From: Candidatus Firestoneibacteriota bacterium
GTDB lineage: Bacteria > Oederibacteriota > D2-FULL-39-29
Reading direction: 5' to 3'
DNA length: 64,000 nt
Assembly: GCA_903928075.1 (NCBI GenBank)
Contig: CAIYPD010000070.1
Location: 1,730 to 65,729, forward strand
The first letter of the stretch is position 1. Every line of letters starts with the position of its first letter. Position numbers and translations under genes: made by a program. Shown one piece after another: positions 48,740-56,789 of this stretch. A model generated the notes under the pieces. It searched no databases. It saw only the letters and a program-made list of their open reading frames with translations, and had not been told where the DNA came from.

Positions 48740-50320
48740 ATGAAATACCTGGAATTCAAAATAGCAGTTCTGGAAAGAACAGGCCTGGATGAAAGAGCGT
48801 TTCGTGAATCGGGAAGCGAAATATACATTGCCGCCAATCTTGAAAATTTTCACGGTATCTGTCTTCTTCTTCACAGTATACTTTCCTCCCCGGTAATGCT
48901 TTATTTTGCCGAAGATAATGTAAAAACCAGCGGTGTTTACACTCTCCGTTGCGGTTTTCTCGGGAAAAAAATACAAAGATGGGTTTTTGTGGTAGTTGAT
49001 ATCCCAAAGGATAATTTAAATTTTCCGGCAATATCCAAGGACATTGTTTCCGCGCAGTTATTCGAGCGGGAAATAAAAGAGATGTTCGGATTAATCCCGG
49101 CAGGAAGCCCCGATGTCCGGAGGCTTCGTCTTCATGATGAAGTCTGGCCGGATGGATATTTTCCGTTGAGAAAAGAATTCGTCAAACCCGAAAAGACAAA
49201 TAATACCGGAAAATATTATGTTTTTGACAGAATAGAAGGGGAAGGGGTTTTTGAGGTCCCCGTCGGACCGGTTCATGCCGGAATAATTGGACCCGGACAT
49301 TTCAGATTTTCGGTTGCCGGTGAGCCAATTATTAATCTTGAGCTCAGGCTCGGATTTGCGCACCGGGGTGCAGAAAAACTCTTTGAAGGTAAATCTGCCA
49401 AAGAAGCTCAAATATTTTCCGAATGTATTTCCGGGGATGCGGCTTTTGCTCATAGCCTTGCTTTTTCTCTTGCGGTCGAGCAGGCTGCGGGGATTGATGT
49501 AAAAGAAAATGTAAAAATAAATAGGGCTATAGGTTTGGAGCTTGAAAGAATCTATAATCATATTAACGATATTGGCGGAATGGCTATAGATGTGGCTTTC
49601 TCTTATTCTTCCACTCTGGCTTCAATTGTAAAAGAAAATATTTTAAGGCTTAACGAAAAACTTTCAAAACACAGATATTTAAAAGGAAGCAACGGTGTCG
49701 GACAGTGCGCACTGATCAAAGATAAAGAGAGCCGGGTTTGTCTGCTTGAAGTATTGTCCGGAGCAAAAACAGACATAGATCTATTGAAAAATATTCTATT
49801 TTCCAGCGTTTCCTTTATGGATAAGGTAGATACAACAGGCACATTGCATAGAAAAACGGCGGAAGATTTTGGGGTTACCGGTCTTGCCGGCCGCGCCTCT
49901 GGGCTAGAACTCGACCTTCGTAGAGTTTTTCCCGGTATATATGAAAAAACTTCTTTTGAAATTATAAGAGGAGATAAAGGCGATGTTCTTTCCCGCTTAA
50001 ATGTACGATTTAACGAGCTCGCCGTGGCTCTTCGGGTCATAACTGAGCTTTCCGGACAGATAAATTTTAGCGGAAAAGAAGATTCTCCCGAGGCAATAAT
50101 AATATCCGGTACCGGACTCGGAGCAGTGGAAGGCTGGCGCGGCCCGATAATTTACTGGGTTAAGATCGGCAAAGAAGGGAAAATAGAAAGATGCAAAATT
50201 GTAGATGCTTCTTTTAATAACTGGCAGGCTCTTTCCTGCTGTGTACACGGAAATATCATTCCTGATTTTCCGGTTTGCAACAAGAGTTTTGACTTTTCTT
50301 ACTCCGGAGGGGACCTGTGA
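48740..50320 (+). CDS. Fused NuoC–NuoD-like 'large subunit' homologous to HycE/HyfG, apparently lacking the NiFe-ligating cysteines
   Basis: A NuoC-like N-domain is followed by a NuoD/[NiFe]-large-subunit-like domain. The region corresponding to the N-terminal CxxC reads SECISGDAAFAHS. The C-terminal DPCxxC position reads FDFSYSGGDL. The start is the ATG at 48740, with a GGAG RBS. Confidence 0.75.
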   Translation: MKYLEFKIAVLERTGLDERAFRESGSEIYIAANLENFHGICLLLHSILSSPVMLYFAEDNVKTSGVYTLRCGFLGKKIQRWVFVVVDIPKDNLNFPAISKDIVSAQLFEREIKEMFGLIPAGSPDVRRLRLHDEVWPDGYFPLRKEFVKPEKTNNTGKYYVFDRIEGEGVFEVPVGPVHAGIIGPGHFRFSVAGEPIINLELRLGFAHRGAEKLFEGKSAKEAQIFSECISGDAAFAHSLAFSLAVEQAAGIDVKENVKINRAIGLELERIYNHINDIGGMAIDVAFSYSSTLASIVKENILRLNEKLSKHRYLKGSNGVGQCALIKDKESRVCLLEVLSGAKTDIDLLKNILFSSVSFMDKVDTTGTLHRKTAEDFGVTGLAGRASGLELDLRRVFPGIYEKTSFEIIRGDKGDVLSRLNVRFNELAVALRVITELSGQINFSGKEDSPEAIIISGTGLGAVEGWRGPIIYWVKIGKEGKIERCKIVDASFNNWQALSCCVHGNIIPDFPVCNKSFDFSYSGGDL

Positions 50321-50823
50321 ACAATATTATAAATATTGCGAACGCGAGGATACAAAAAGGTATAGTTACCGAAAACCTCGACCTTATTGGGTCTAAACTT
50401 AAAACAGAGATTCAAAAGAAATTTGCAAGATCACTTTTTCTCAGAGAAGTTGATACCGGTTCTTGCGGCGCCTGTGAGTCAGAGATAATCTCCGCCATCA
50501 ATCCAGTTTACGATCTGCAAAGATTCGGCGTAGATTTTGTCGCTTCACCCAGGCACGCTGATGCGCTTTTAGTGACCGGCCCGGTCTCGCTCAATATGAG
50601 CCTTGCGCTTAAAAGGACCTACGAAGCAATGCCTTCTCCAAAATTTGTTATTACCGCCGGAGACTGCGCTCTTGATGGAGGTCCGTTCAAAGGCTCTTAC
50701 TATATAGAAGGCGGTGTCAGCAAGATAATCCCTGTAGTTTTTCATATTCCCGGCTGTCCCCCTAAACCCATAGACCTGGTCTTAGCCCTTCTTCTTGCCG
50801 TAAAAAATCTAAAAAGAAGCTAA
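50317..50823 (+). CDS. NuoB/HycG-like small subunit with intact [4Fe-4S] ligands
   Basis: Cys ligands are conserved: SCGACESE, GDCALDGG and PGCPP. The GTG start overlaps the upstream stop. Confidence 0.8.
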   Translation: MNNIINIANARIQKGIVTENLDLIGSKLKTEIQKKFARSLFLREVDTGSCGACESEIISAINPVYDLQRFGVDFVASPRHADALLVTGPVSLNMSLALKRTYEAMPSPKFVITAGDCALDGGPFKGSYYIEGGVSKIIPVVFHIPGCPPKPIDLVLALLLAVKNLKRS

Positions 50824-50987
50824 CATAATATTAGCAGATTAATGAAGAACTCTTTTTAAGACTTTTTCAGCTACAATTCTGATAATTTTAGATTATCCCT
50901 GAGTGTCAGTCTCTGCGTTATTATATGCTGCATTATACTGCATACTGCGTACTGTAAAAATGCCGGGCTATATGTTATAATTTTATT

Positions 50988-51866
50988 GTGGATGCCCTCA
51001 ATATTGTTAAGTACATATTCTTAAGCTTGCGGCCGAAGCAGTGGCCGAAGAACCTTTTGATTTTCGCGGCGCTGGTTTTTTCAAAAAACCTGAGAAACGG
51101 ATTTTACGATACCGAGACGATTCTTGGCTTCATCATCTTTTGTATAATTTCCGGAAGTATTTATATCATTAACGACCTTGTAGATAAGAACAAGGATAAA
51201 CTTAATCCAAAGAAAGCCAAAAGGCCTATAGCTTCAGGCAAACTTCCGGTGCGCTATGCCATCCCGGCCTTCCTATTTTTTTCAATTTCCGGAATTGTAG
51301 CAGCCTTTAAACTTGGAAGTAATTTCGGCCTGGTAGTCATTATTTATTTTGCTATTCAGATTCTCTATACTTTTGTATTAAAAAATATCGTAATCCTGGA
51401 TATCTTTGTTATCGCTATAGGATTTGTCCTCAGAGTTGTTGCAGGTGCGGCGATAATAGCCGTATCGATATCCAACTGGCTTCTGGTCTGCACCCTCTTT
51501 CTTTCTCTCTTCCTGGCGCTGGGTAAACGCAGGTTTGAACTCATCAAGCTGGATAAGGCGACCGGACACAGAACGGCGCTCAAAGAATATAATGTCCAAC
51601 TTCTTGACCAAATGATAACGGTAGTCACCTCGGCCTCGATTGTGGCTTATTCCATCTACACCCTCTCCCCCGAGACCATAGATAAATTTAAAACAAAGAA
51701 CCTTATGTACACCATCCCCTTTGTGCTCTACGGGATTTTCAGATACCTTTACCTTATTTATCAAAAGGAAATCGGCGGCGCACCGGAAGAAATATTGATT
51801 TCAGATATTCCGCTTATAATTAATATTCTGCTTTACGGCTTTACGGTATGGTTAATCATCTATTGA
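50988..51866 (+). CDS. UbiA-family prenyltransferase, decaprenyl-phosphate phosphoribosyltransferase-like
   Basis: It has the YIINDLVDKNKD (NDxxD) motif and multiple TMs. Confidence 0.65.
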   Translation: MDALNIVKYIFLSLRPKQWPKNLLIFAALVFSKNLRNGFYDTETILGFIIFCIISGSIYIINDLVDKNKDKLNPKKAKRPIASGKLPVRYAIPAFLFFSISGIVAAFKLGSNFGLVVIIYFAIQILYTFVLKNIVILDIFVIAIGFVLRVVAGAAIIAVSISNWLLVCTLFLSLFLALGKRRFELIKLDKATGHRTALKEYNVQLLDQMITVVTSASIVAYSIYTLSPETIDKFKTKNLMYTIPFVLYGIFRYLYLIYQKEIGGAPEEILISDIPLIINILLYGFTVWLIIY

Positions 51867-51874
51867 TATTACTA

Positions 51875-51970
51875 GTTCGTAAGGTCTAGAAGCAAAGCTT
51901 TTCTCGTTAGGAATTATATATAGATGCCAACTATCGTTGACATAGTGAGATAAAGTCTAAAATCTCGAAG
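51875..51970 (-). repeat. Module-B copy of the dispersed repeat, minus orientation
   Basis: The sequence runs ...AGCAAAGCTTTTCTCGTTAGGAATTATATATAGATGCCAACTATCGTTGACATAGTGAGATAAAG. It lies 9 bp after the UbiA stop. Confidence 0.75.
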
Positions 51971-52031
51971 TATATCTAAATTAAAAATACACTGGGTCCC
52001 TCCGCTGGCGGCGGACTAGGATGACAAAATA

Positions 52032-54128
52032 ATGAAAGATTTTAAATTAGTATCGGAGTATACTCCCAAGGGGGACCAGCCGGAAGCAATAAAGGAGTTG
52101 GTACTCGGGCTGAAAAATAATAAAAGGCACCAGACACTGCTCGGGGTAACGGGCTCGGGTAAAACCTTCACGGTAGCAAATGTTATTGAAAAAGTTAACA
52201 AGCCTGCAATTATTATGTCCCACAATAAAACCCTCGCGGCCCAACTTTACGGTGAATTCAAATCCTTCTTTCCGGAAAACGCCGTCGAGTATTTTGTCAG
52301 TTATTATGATTATTACCAGCCCGAGGCCTACATTGCCCAGACTGACACTTACATAGAAAAAGACTCCTCCATAAATGACGAAATAGATAAACTCAGGCAC
52401 TCCGCCACTTCTGCTTTACTCACGAGAAGAGATGTTATTGTGGTGGCAAGCGTCTCCTGTATCTACGGAATCGGTTCACCTGAAACCTACAATAAAATGC
52501 AAGCGGTACTTAACAAAGGCCGCGAGTTTGGCATGAACACCCTGCTAAAAAAACTGGTAGAGATACAATACCTGAGAAATGACACGGATTTTTACCGCGG
52601 AAGATTCCGCTTGCGCGGGGATATATTGGACATCTTCCCCTCCGCCTCTGATACCGCAATAAGAGTCGAATTCGACGGTGACACTATAGAGAAACTTACG
52701 GAAATAGAAGCCTTTTCGGGAAAAGCGCTCAGACAGATGGAAACGGCCGTTATTTTTCCCGCGGCACACTGGGTAACCCCGCCCGAAGATTTAAAGAAAG
52801 CAGCAGTCGCTATAGAAGAGGAACTGGAAGAGCGGCTTAAAGTTTATAAGGACTCCGGAAAAATACTGGAAATGCAAAGACTGGAACAAAGAACGCGGCA
52901 TGATATTGAGATGCTCCTGGAAATAGGCACCTGCAAGGGGATTGAGAACTATTCCAGGCACTTAGACGGCAGAAAACCCGGGGAACCGCCTTTCACCCTT
53001 ATTGATTATCTTCCAAAAGACGGACTTATCGTCGTGGATGAAAGTCACATTACAATTCCACAGGTGCGGGGAATGTTTGAGGGCGATAAAGTAAGAAAAA
53101 CCAATCTGGTGGATTATGGGTTCCGGCTCCCTTCCGCTTTAGACAACCGGCCTCTTTACTTTAAAGAATTTGAGGCAAGAACACCGCAAATGATTTATGT
53201 CTCCGCAACGCCGACTGATTTTGAGATAAAAGAGTCCGGTGGAATAGTTATCGAGCAGGTGATCCGCCCTACGGGCCTTATGGATCCCGAGGTAACCGTT
53301 AAACCCGCGACCGGTCAGGTGGATGACCTTATCGGAGAAATCAGGAAAGTTATCGAAAAGAAAGACAGAGTCCTGGTAACAACCCTGACTAAAAAGTCCT
53401 CCGAAGATCTTTCCGAATATTTGAAAGACATAAATATTCGGGCTAAATATTTGCATTCTGATATTGAAACTATAGAGCGGGTAAAGATCTTGCAGGGGCT
53501 CCGTGCCGGTGATTTTGATGTACTTATAGGAATTAACCTGCTCCGCGAAGGACTCGATCTACCCGAGGTGGCTCTGGTCGCCATACTGGATGCAGATAAA
53601 GAAGGTTTTCTGCGTTCCAAAACTTCGCTGGTGCAAACCATAGGACGGGCAGCCCGCAATGTGGACGGCAGGGTAATAATGTATGCGGACAAGATGACCA
53701 AATCTCTGAAATTTGCGATAGATGAAACCAACAGAAGAAGAGCCATCCAGGGCGCCTACAATAAGAAACACGGAATTACGCCCGCCTCCATCAAGAAAGA
53801 AATCAGAAATATTCTGGAAAGTATTTACGAAGCCGATTATTACACCATCCCCGTCGCCGCCGAAGAAGGCGGCAAATATATAAGCGGCGACGAGATGCCC
53901 AGACTTATCTCCAATATGGAAAAAGAGATGCATGCCTTCGCCTCAAAAATGCAATTTGAAAAAGCCGCCGCAATGCGTGATAAGATAAAAATGCTGAAAA
54001 GCCAGATAAACAGGATGAAGGAAGGCGGGTTTATCGCATTAGATATGGACGACGGGCTGACACCGGTGCAGAGAAAGGCGAAGCAAAGGAGAATAGGAGC
54101 ACAAAAATCAAAAAGGTTCAAAAGATAG
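52032..54128 (+). CDS. uvrB: Excinuclease ABC subunit B
   Basis: The N-terminus ([11 protein letters not shown]...[10 protein letters not shown]), the helicase motifs and the C-terminal UVR domain are present. Confidence 0.95.
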   Translation: MKDFKLVSEYTPKGDQPEAIKELVLGLKNNKRHQTLLGVTGSGKTFTVANVIEKVNKPAIIMSHNKTLAAQLYGEFKSFFPENAVEYFVSYYDYYQPEAYIAQTDTYIEKDSSINDEIDKLRHSATSALLTRRDVIVVASVSCIYGIGSPETYNKMQAVLNKGREFGMNTLLKKLVEIQYLRNDTDFYRGRFRLRGDILDIFPSASDTAIRVEFDGDTIEKLTEIEAFSGKALRQMETAVIFPAAHWVTPPEDLKKAAVAIEEELEERLKVYKDSGKILEMQRLEQRTRHDIEMLLEIGTCKGIENYSRHLDGRKPGEPPFTLIDYLPKDGLIVVDESHITIPQVRGMFEGDKVRKTNLVDYGFRLPSALDNRPLYFKEFEARTPQMIYVSATPTDFEIKESGGIVIEQVIRPTGLMDPEVTVKPATGQVDDLIGEIRKVIEKKDRVLVTTLTKKSSEDLSEYLKDINIRAKYLHSDIETIERVKILQGLRAGDFDVLIGINLLREGLDLPEVALVAILDADKEGFLRSKTSLVQTIGRAARNVDGRVIMYADKMTKSLKFAIDETNRRRAIQGAYNKKHGITPASIKKEIRNILESIYEADYYTIPVAAEEGGKYISGDEMPRLISNMEKEMHAFASKMQFEKAAAMRDKIKMLKSQINRMKEGGFIALDMDDGLTPVQRKAKQRRIGAQKSKRFKR

Positions 54129-54183
54129 CAACTTCGCCTTCATTTGCCAAACCTCTAACATCCAAACATCTAGCCTTCTATTC

Positions 54184-55074
54184 TTACGGCCTTGGATGAA
54201 ACTTCTTATGCACTTCTCTAAGGCGTGACCGGTCAATATGTGTATATATTTGTGTAGTTGAAATACTCGCATGGCCCAGCATCTCCTGCACGCTACGCAA
54301 ATCCGCGCCATGGGTAAGCAGATGTGTAGCAAAAGTATGCCTTAGTGTATGCGGCGTTATCTCTTTTCTTAAACCCGCTTCTGCCACTCTCTTGACAATT
54401 ATCTTCCAGAGCCAGACTCTGCTAAATTTTTTCCCTTTTTTGTTAAGAAACAATTCTCCGGAAGAAGTCGCGGTTTTATCAAGGATGCCTCTTCTTACTT
54501 TATCTATATATTCATCCACCCAGTCGGCGGCAATCTTCCCCACGGGAACTATTCTCTCTTTACTTCCTTTCCCCATACAGCGAATATACTGCGCCACCGT
54601 ATCATAATCATGTATCTTTAAATTTGCAACCTCAGAAATTCGCATTCCGGTGGCATACATTAGCTCAAGTATAGCACGGTCCCGCAAGCCCCCCGGAGTC
54701 AGCGTATTTACTCCGTCCAGCAGAGCGGATATCTCCGCTTCAGAAAGAACATCCGGCAGTTTTTTGTTAAGCCGGGGTGCTTCCAGTTCCGAAGCCGGAT
54801 TATGTTTTATATTTTTTTCCAGCGAGAGGAATTTAAAGAAAGTTTTTATGGCCGAAAGTTTTCTTGCGGAGGAGCTGGGGTCATATTTTGTTCTCATCTC
54901 ATAGAGATAATCTATAACATCGCGCTTTCCTATCTGGGCCGCGTCCGCTATGCCTTTTTTTTCAATAAAATCCATAAACTGATTTATATCATTCCGGTAT
55001 GAATTAACGGTACTGCCCGGATAGCGTCGTTCAGTCGAGAGGTACATTAAAAATTCAGGTACTAACTCCCGCAT
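54184..55074 (-). CDS. xerD: Tyrosine site-specific recombinase XerD/XerC
   Basis: The conserved R...H..R...Y box is present: HTLRHTFATHLL...LGHASISTTQIYTHI. Confidence 0.88.
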   Translation of the reverse strand: MRELVPEFLMYLSTERRYPGSTVNSYRNDINQFMDFIEKKGIADAAQIGKRDVIDYLYEMRTKYDPSSSARKLSAIKTFFKFLSLEKNIKHNPASELEAPRLNKKLPDVLSEAEISALLDGVNTLTPGGLRDRAILELMYATGMRISEVANLKIHDYDTVAQYIRCMGKGSKERIVPVGKIAADWVDEYIDKVRRGILDKTATSSGELFLNKKGKKFSRVWLWKIIVKRVAEAGLRKEITPHTLRHTFATHLLTHGADLRSVQEMLGHASISTTQIYTHIDRSRLREVHKKFHPRP

Positions 55075-55082
55075 GGGGTACC

Positions 55083-55125
55083 CCCTGATGACACAGATAC
55101 AAGGAACGAGATGGCACAGATCCGA
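55083..55125 (-). promoter_or_regulatory. Direct-repeat motif ATCTGTGCCATC-N11-ATCTGTGTCATC immediately upstream (about 12 nt) of the xerD start
   Basis: Read on the minus strand it gives GGATCTGTGCCATCTCGTTCCTTGTATCTGTGTCATCAGGGGGTACCCCATG. It is the same as the motif at 2542-2574 and as the motif embedded in module A of the repeat. Confidence 0.45.
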
Positions 55126-55366
55126 TAAAATAAAATTTGTTTCGTCATTTTTGTCATCCTTGCGAAAGCGGCGTCTCAGCGTCTTTTTTTATCATATATC
55201 ATCCATTTATTCATTTATTCCAAGGCAAGAAGGCAAGGGGACACAAAGGGGACAGCGACCTTTAATTTGTCTCTCTAATATACTATATCCCCCCTTCTTT
55301 CTTTTGTCCTCCTCGCGAACGCGGGGATCCAGCGTCTTTGTTCTTATCATCCATCATTTATTTTTT

Positions 55367-55639
55367 TTATTTCTTTATGGAGAATTCTTTGAATTCTCCT
55401 GTAGCCTTTTCCCATCGAATCTCTCTGCTTGAAATATATCTTTCAAAATATTCATCTATCTTCCTGAAAAAGCCCATCAGTTCTTTCTGCCCACCTTCAG
55501 CAACAAGCTCTACTTTGCCGTCCGGCAGGTTCTTCACCCATCCCGTAACACCCAAAAACTGCTCGGAAATATCCCGGCAGGTAAAGCGAAAGCCGACACC
55601 CTGAACAGTCCCGCTGAAAAGTACATGTAAACGCTTCAT
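55367..55639 (-). CDS. acyP: Acylphosphatase
   Basis: It has VQGVGFRF and GWVKNLPDGKVE motifs. The true start is the internal ATG (MKRLHV). Confidence 0.85.
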   Translation of the reverse strand: MKRLHVLFSGTVQGVGFRFTCRDISEQFLGVTGWVKNLPDGKVELVAEGGQKELMGFFRKIDEYFERYISSREIRWEKATGEFKEFSIKK

Positions 55640-55741
55640 ATTCTTTGCTCCGCAAAAAATAGTCTCAAGGTCCATAAAGTCTGTAAGGTATAAAAATCTT
55701 TGAGATTATTTTTAATAATTGACTTAAAATACTACATTAGT

Positions 55742-55848
55742 GTAAGACCTTACGGACTTTACAGACTTTATCTCGCTATGTCAAAGTATTTTGACATCCA
55801 TATATACTTCCTCTCGAGAAAAGCTTTGCTTATAAACCTTACGAACCT
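55742..55848 (+). repeat. Module-B copy of the dispersed repeat (variant palindrome ATGTCAAAGTATTTTGACAT)
   Basis: The sequence runs GTAAGACCTTACGGACTTTACAGACTTTATCTCGCTATGTCAAAG...CTTATAAACCTTACGAACC. It ends 8 bp before the MBL hydrolase stop. Confidence 0.75.
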
Positions 55849-55855
55849 TAAAAAC

Positions 55856-56491
55856 CTATCTTTCAATAAATGGATTCTTTCTTCGTTCGAAACCTATCGT
55901 CGTCATCTCGCCGTGCCCCGGATAAACCCTTACATCATCATCTAATTTCATCAGTTTCTCAAGAGATTTCAGCATCTCCTCATGATTGGCATGCGGAAAG
56001 TCGGTCCTGCCGATTGAGCCGTAAAAGAGCGTGTCGCCAGAAAAAAGATGTTTACCTGTAAGCAAACAGATTCCTCCCGGCGTGTGCCCCGGCGTATGGA
56101 TAACTTTTAATTCCATTTTTCCGGCCCTTATAATATCATCCCCGGCAATATATTTATCCGCGCTTACTTTATCCGTTCCGTCCCCAAAAAGCGAGGAGCC
56201 GTTTAGTTCAGGATGCTCCATAAAAATATTATCCTCTTTGTGGGCCAAAAGTTTCGCGCCGGTCTTTATTTTAATTTCCTCGACCGCCCCGATATGGTCA
56301 TAGTGCCCGTGCGTCAGGATTATATATTTAACTTTTATTTTATTCTCATCAATAACACGTAAAATCTTTCCCGCTTCCTCTCCAGGATCAATCACCACAC
56401 CTTCCAGCGTCTCAGAATCCGCGGCAACAAAACAGTTAGTCTCTATAGCCCCAACGACAACACACTTTACAATAATATTCATAAATACCAC
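55856..56491 (-). CDS. MBL-fold metallo-hydrolase (GloB-like)
   Basis: It has the HxHxDH motif (ILTHGHYDHIGA) and HTPGHTPGG. Confidence 0.85.
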   Translation of the reverse strand: MVFMNIIVKCVVVGAIETNCFVAADSETLEGVVIDPGEEAGKILRVIDENKIKVKYIILTHGHYDHIGAVEEIKIKTGAKLLAHKEDNIFMEHPELNGSSLFGDGTDKVSADKYIAGDDIIRAGKMELKVIHTPGHTPGGICLLTGKHLFSGDTLFYGSIGRTDFPHANHEEMLKSLEKLMKLDDDVRVYPGHGEMTTIGFERRKNPFIER

Positions 56492-56789
56492 CGCCCAAAA
56501 TATTTATCTATGAACCTCTTCGAGCTTACGCACGGAGTTTCGACGATTGGAATATTATCGATTATTCATGCCAAATTCATCCCACGAGCTAACGCTCGGG
56601 GTTTTCTTTAGCATAACGTCATAAAGGTCTATCAAAGTCTGTAAAAGTTTTTTGTCATCACGGAATCCGGTTTCTTGGATATCCGGGACCTCTTTTTACC
56701 CGCCAGTCTTTTTGGAAGGCAGCGTCCACAGCGATTTTTACCAAATTCAATGTCTAAGTCCTTATAAACTTTACAGACTTTACGAACCT

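Noticed and set aside
43930-50823. Annotating the operon as a formate hydrogenlyase or hydrogenase-4
   Set aside because: The large subunit lacks the CxxC…CxxC nickel-iron ligands. No HycB/HyfA, HyfH (NuoI-like), formate dehydrogenase or hyp maturation genes accompany it. The operon is therefore called hydrogenase-related (Ehr-like) rather than a hydrogenase.
54184-55366. xerD plus repeat-rich spacer as the integrase and attachment site of an integrated mobile element
   Set aside because: The recombinase has all the hallmarks of a chromosomal XerC/D (296 aa, R-H-R-Y box) and is flanked by housekeeping genes (uvrB, acylphosphatase). No phage or conjugative cargo or flanking tRNA is present. 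A dif-like or regulatory role for the spacer repeats is considered more likely.
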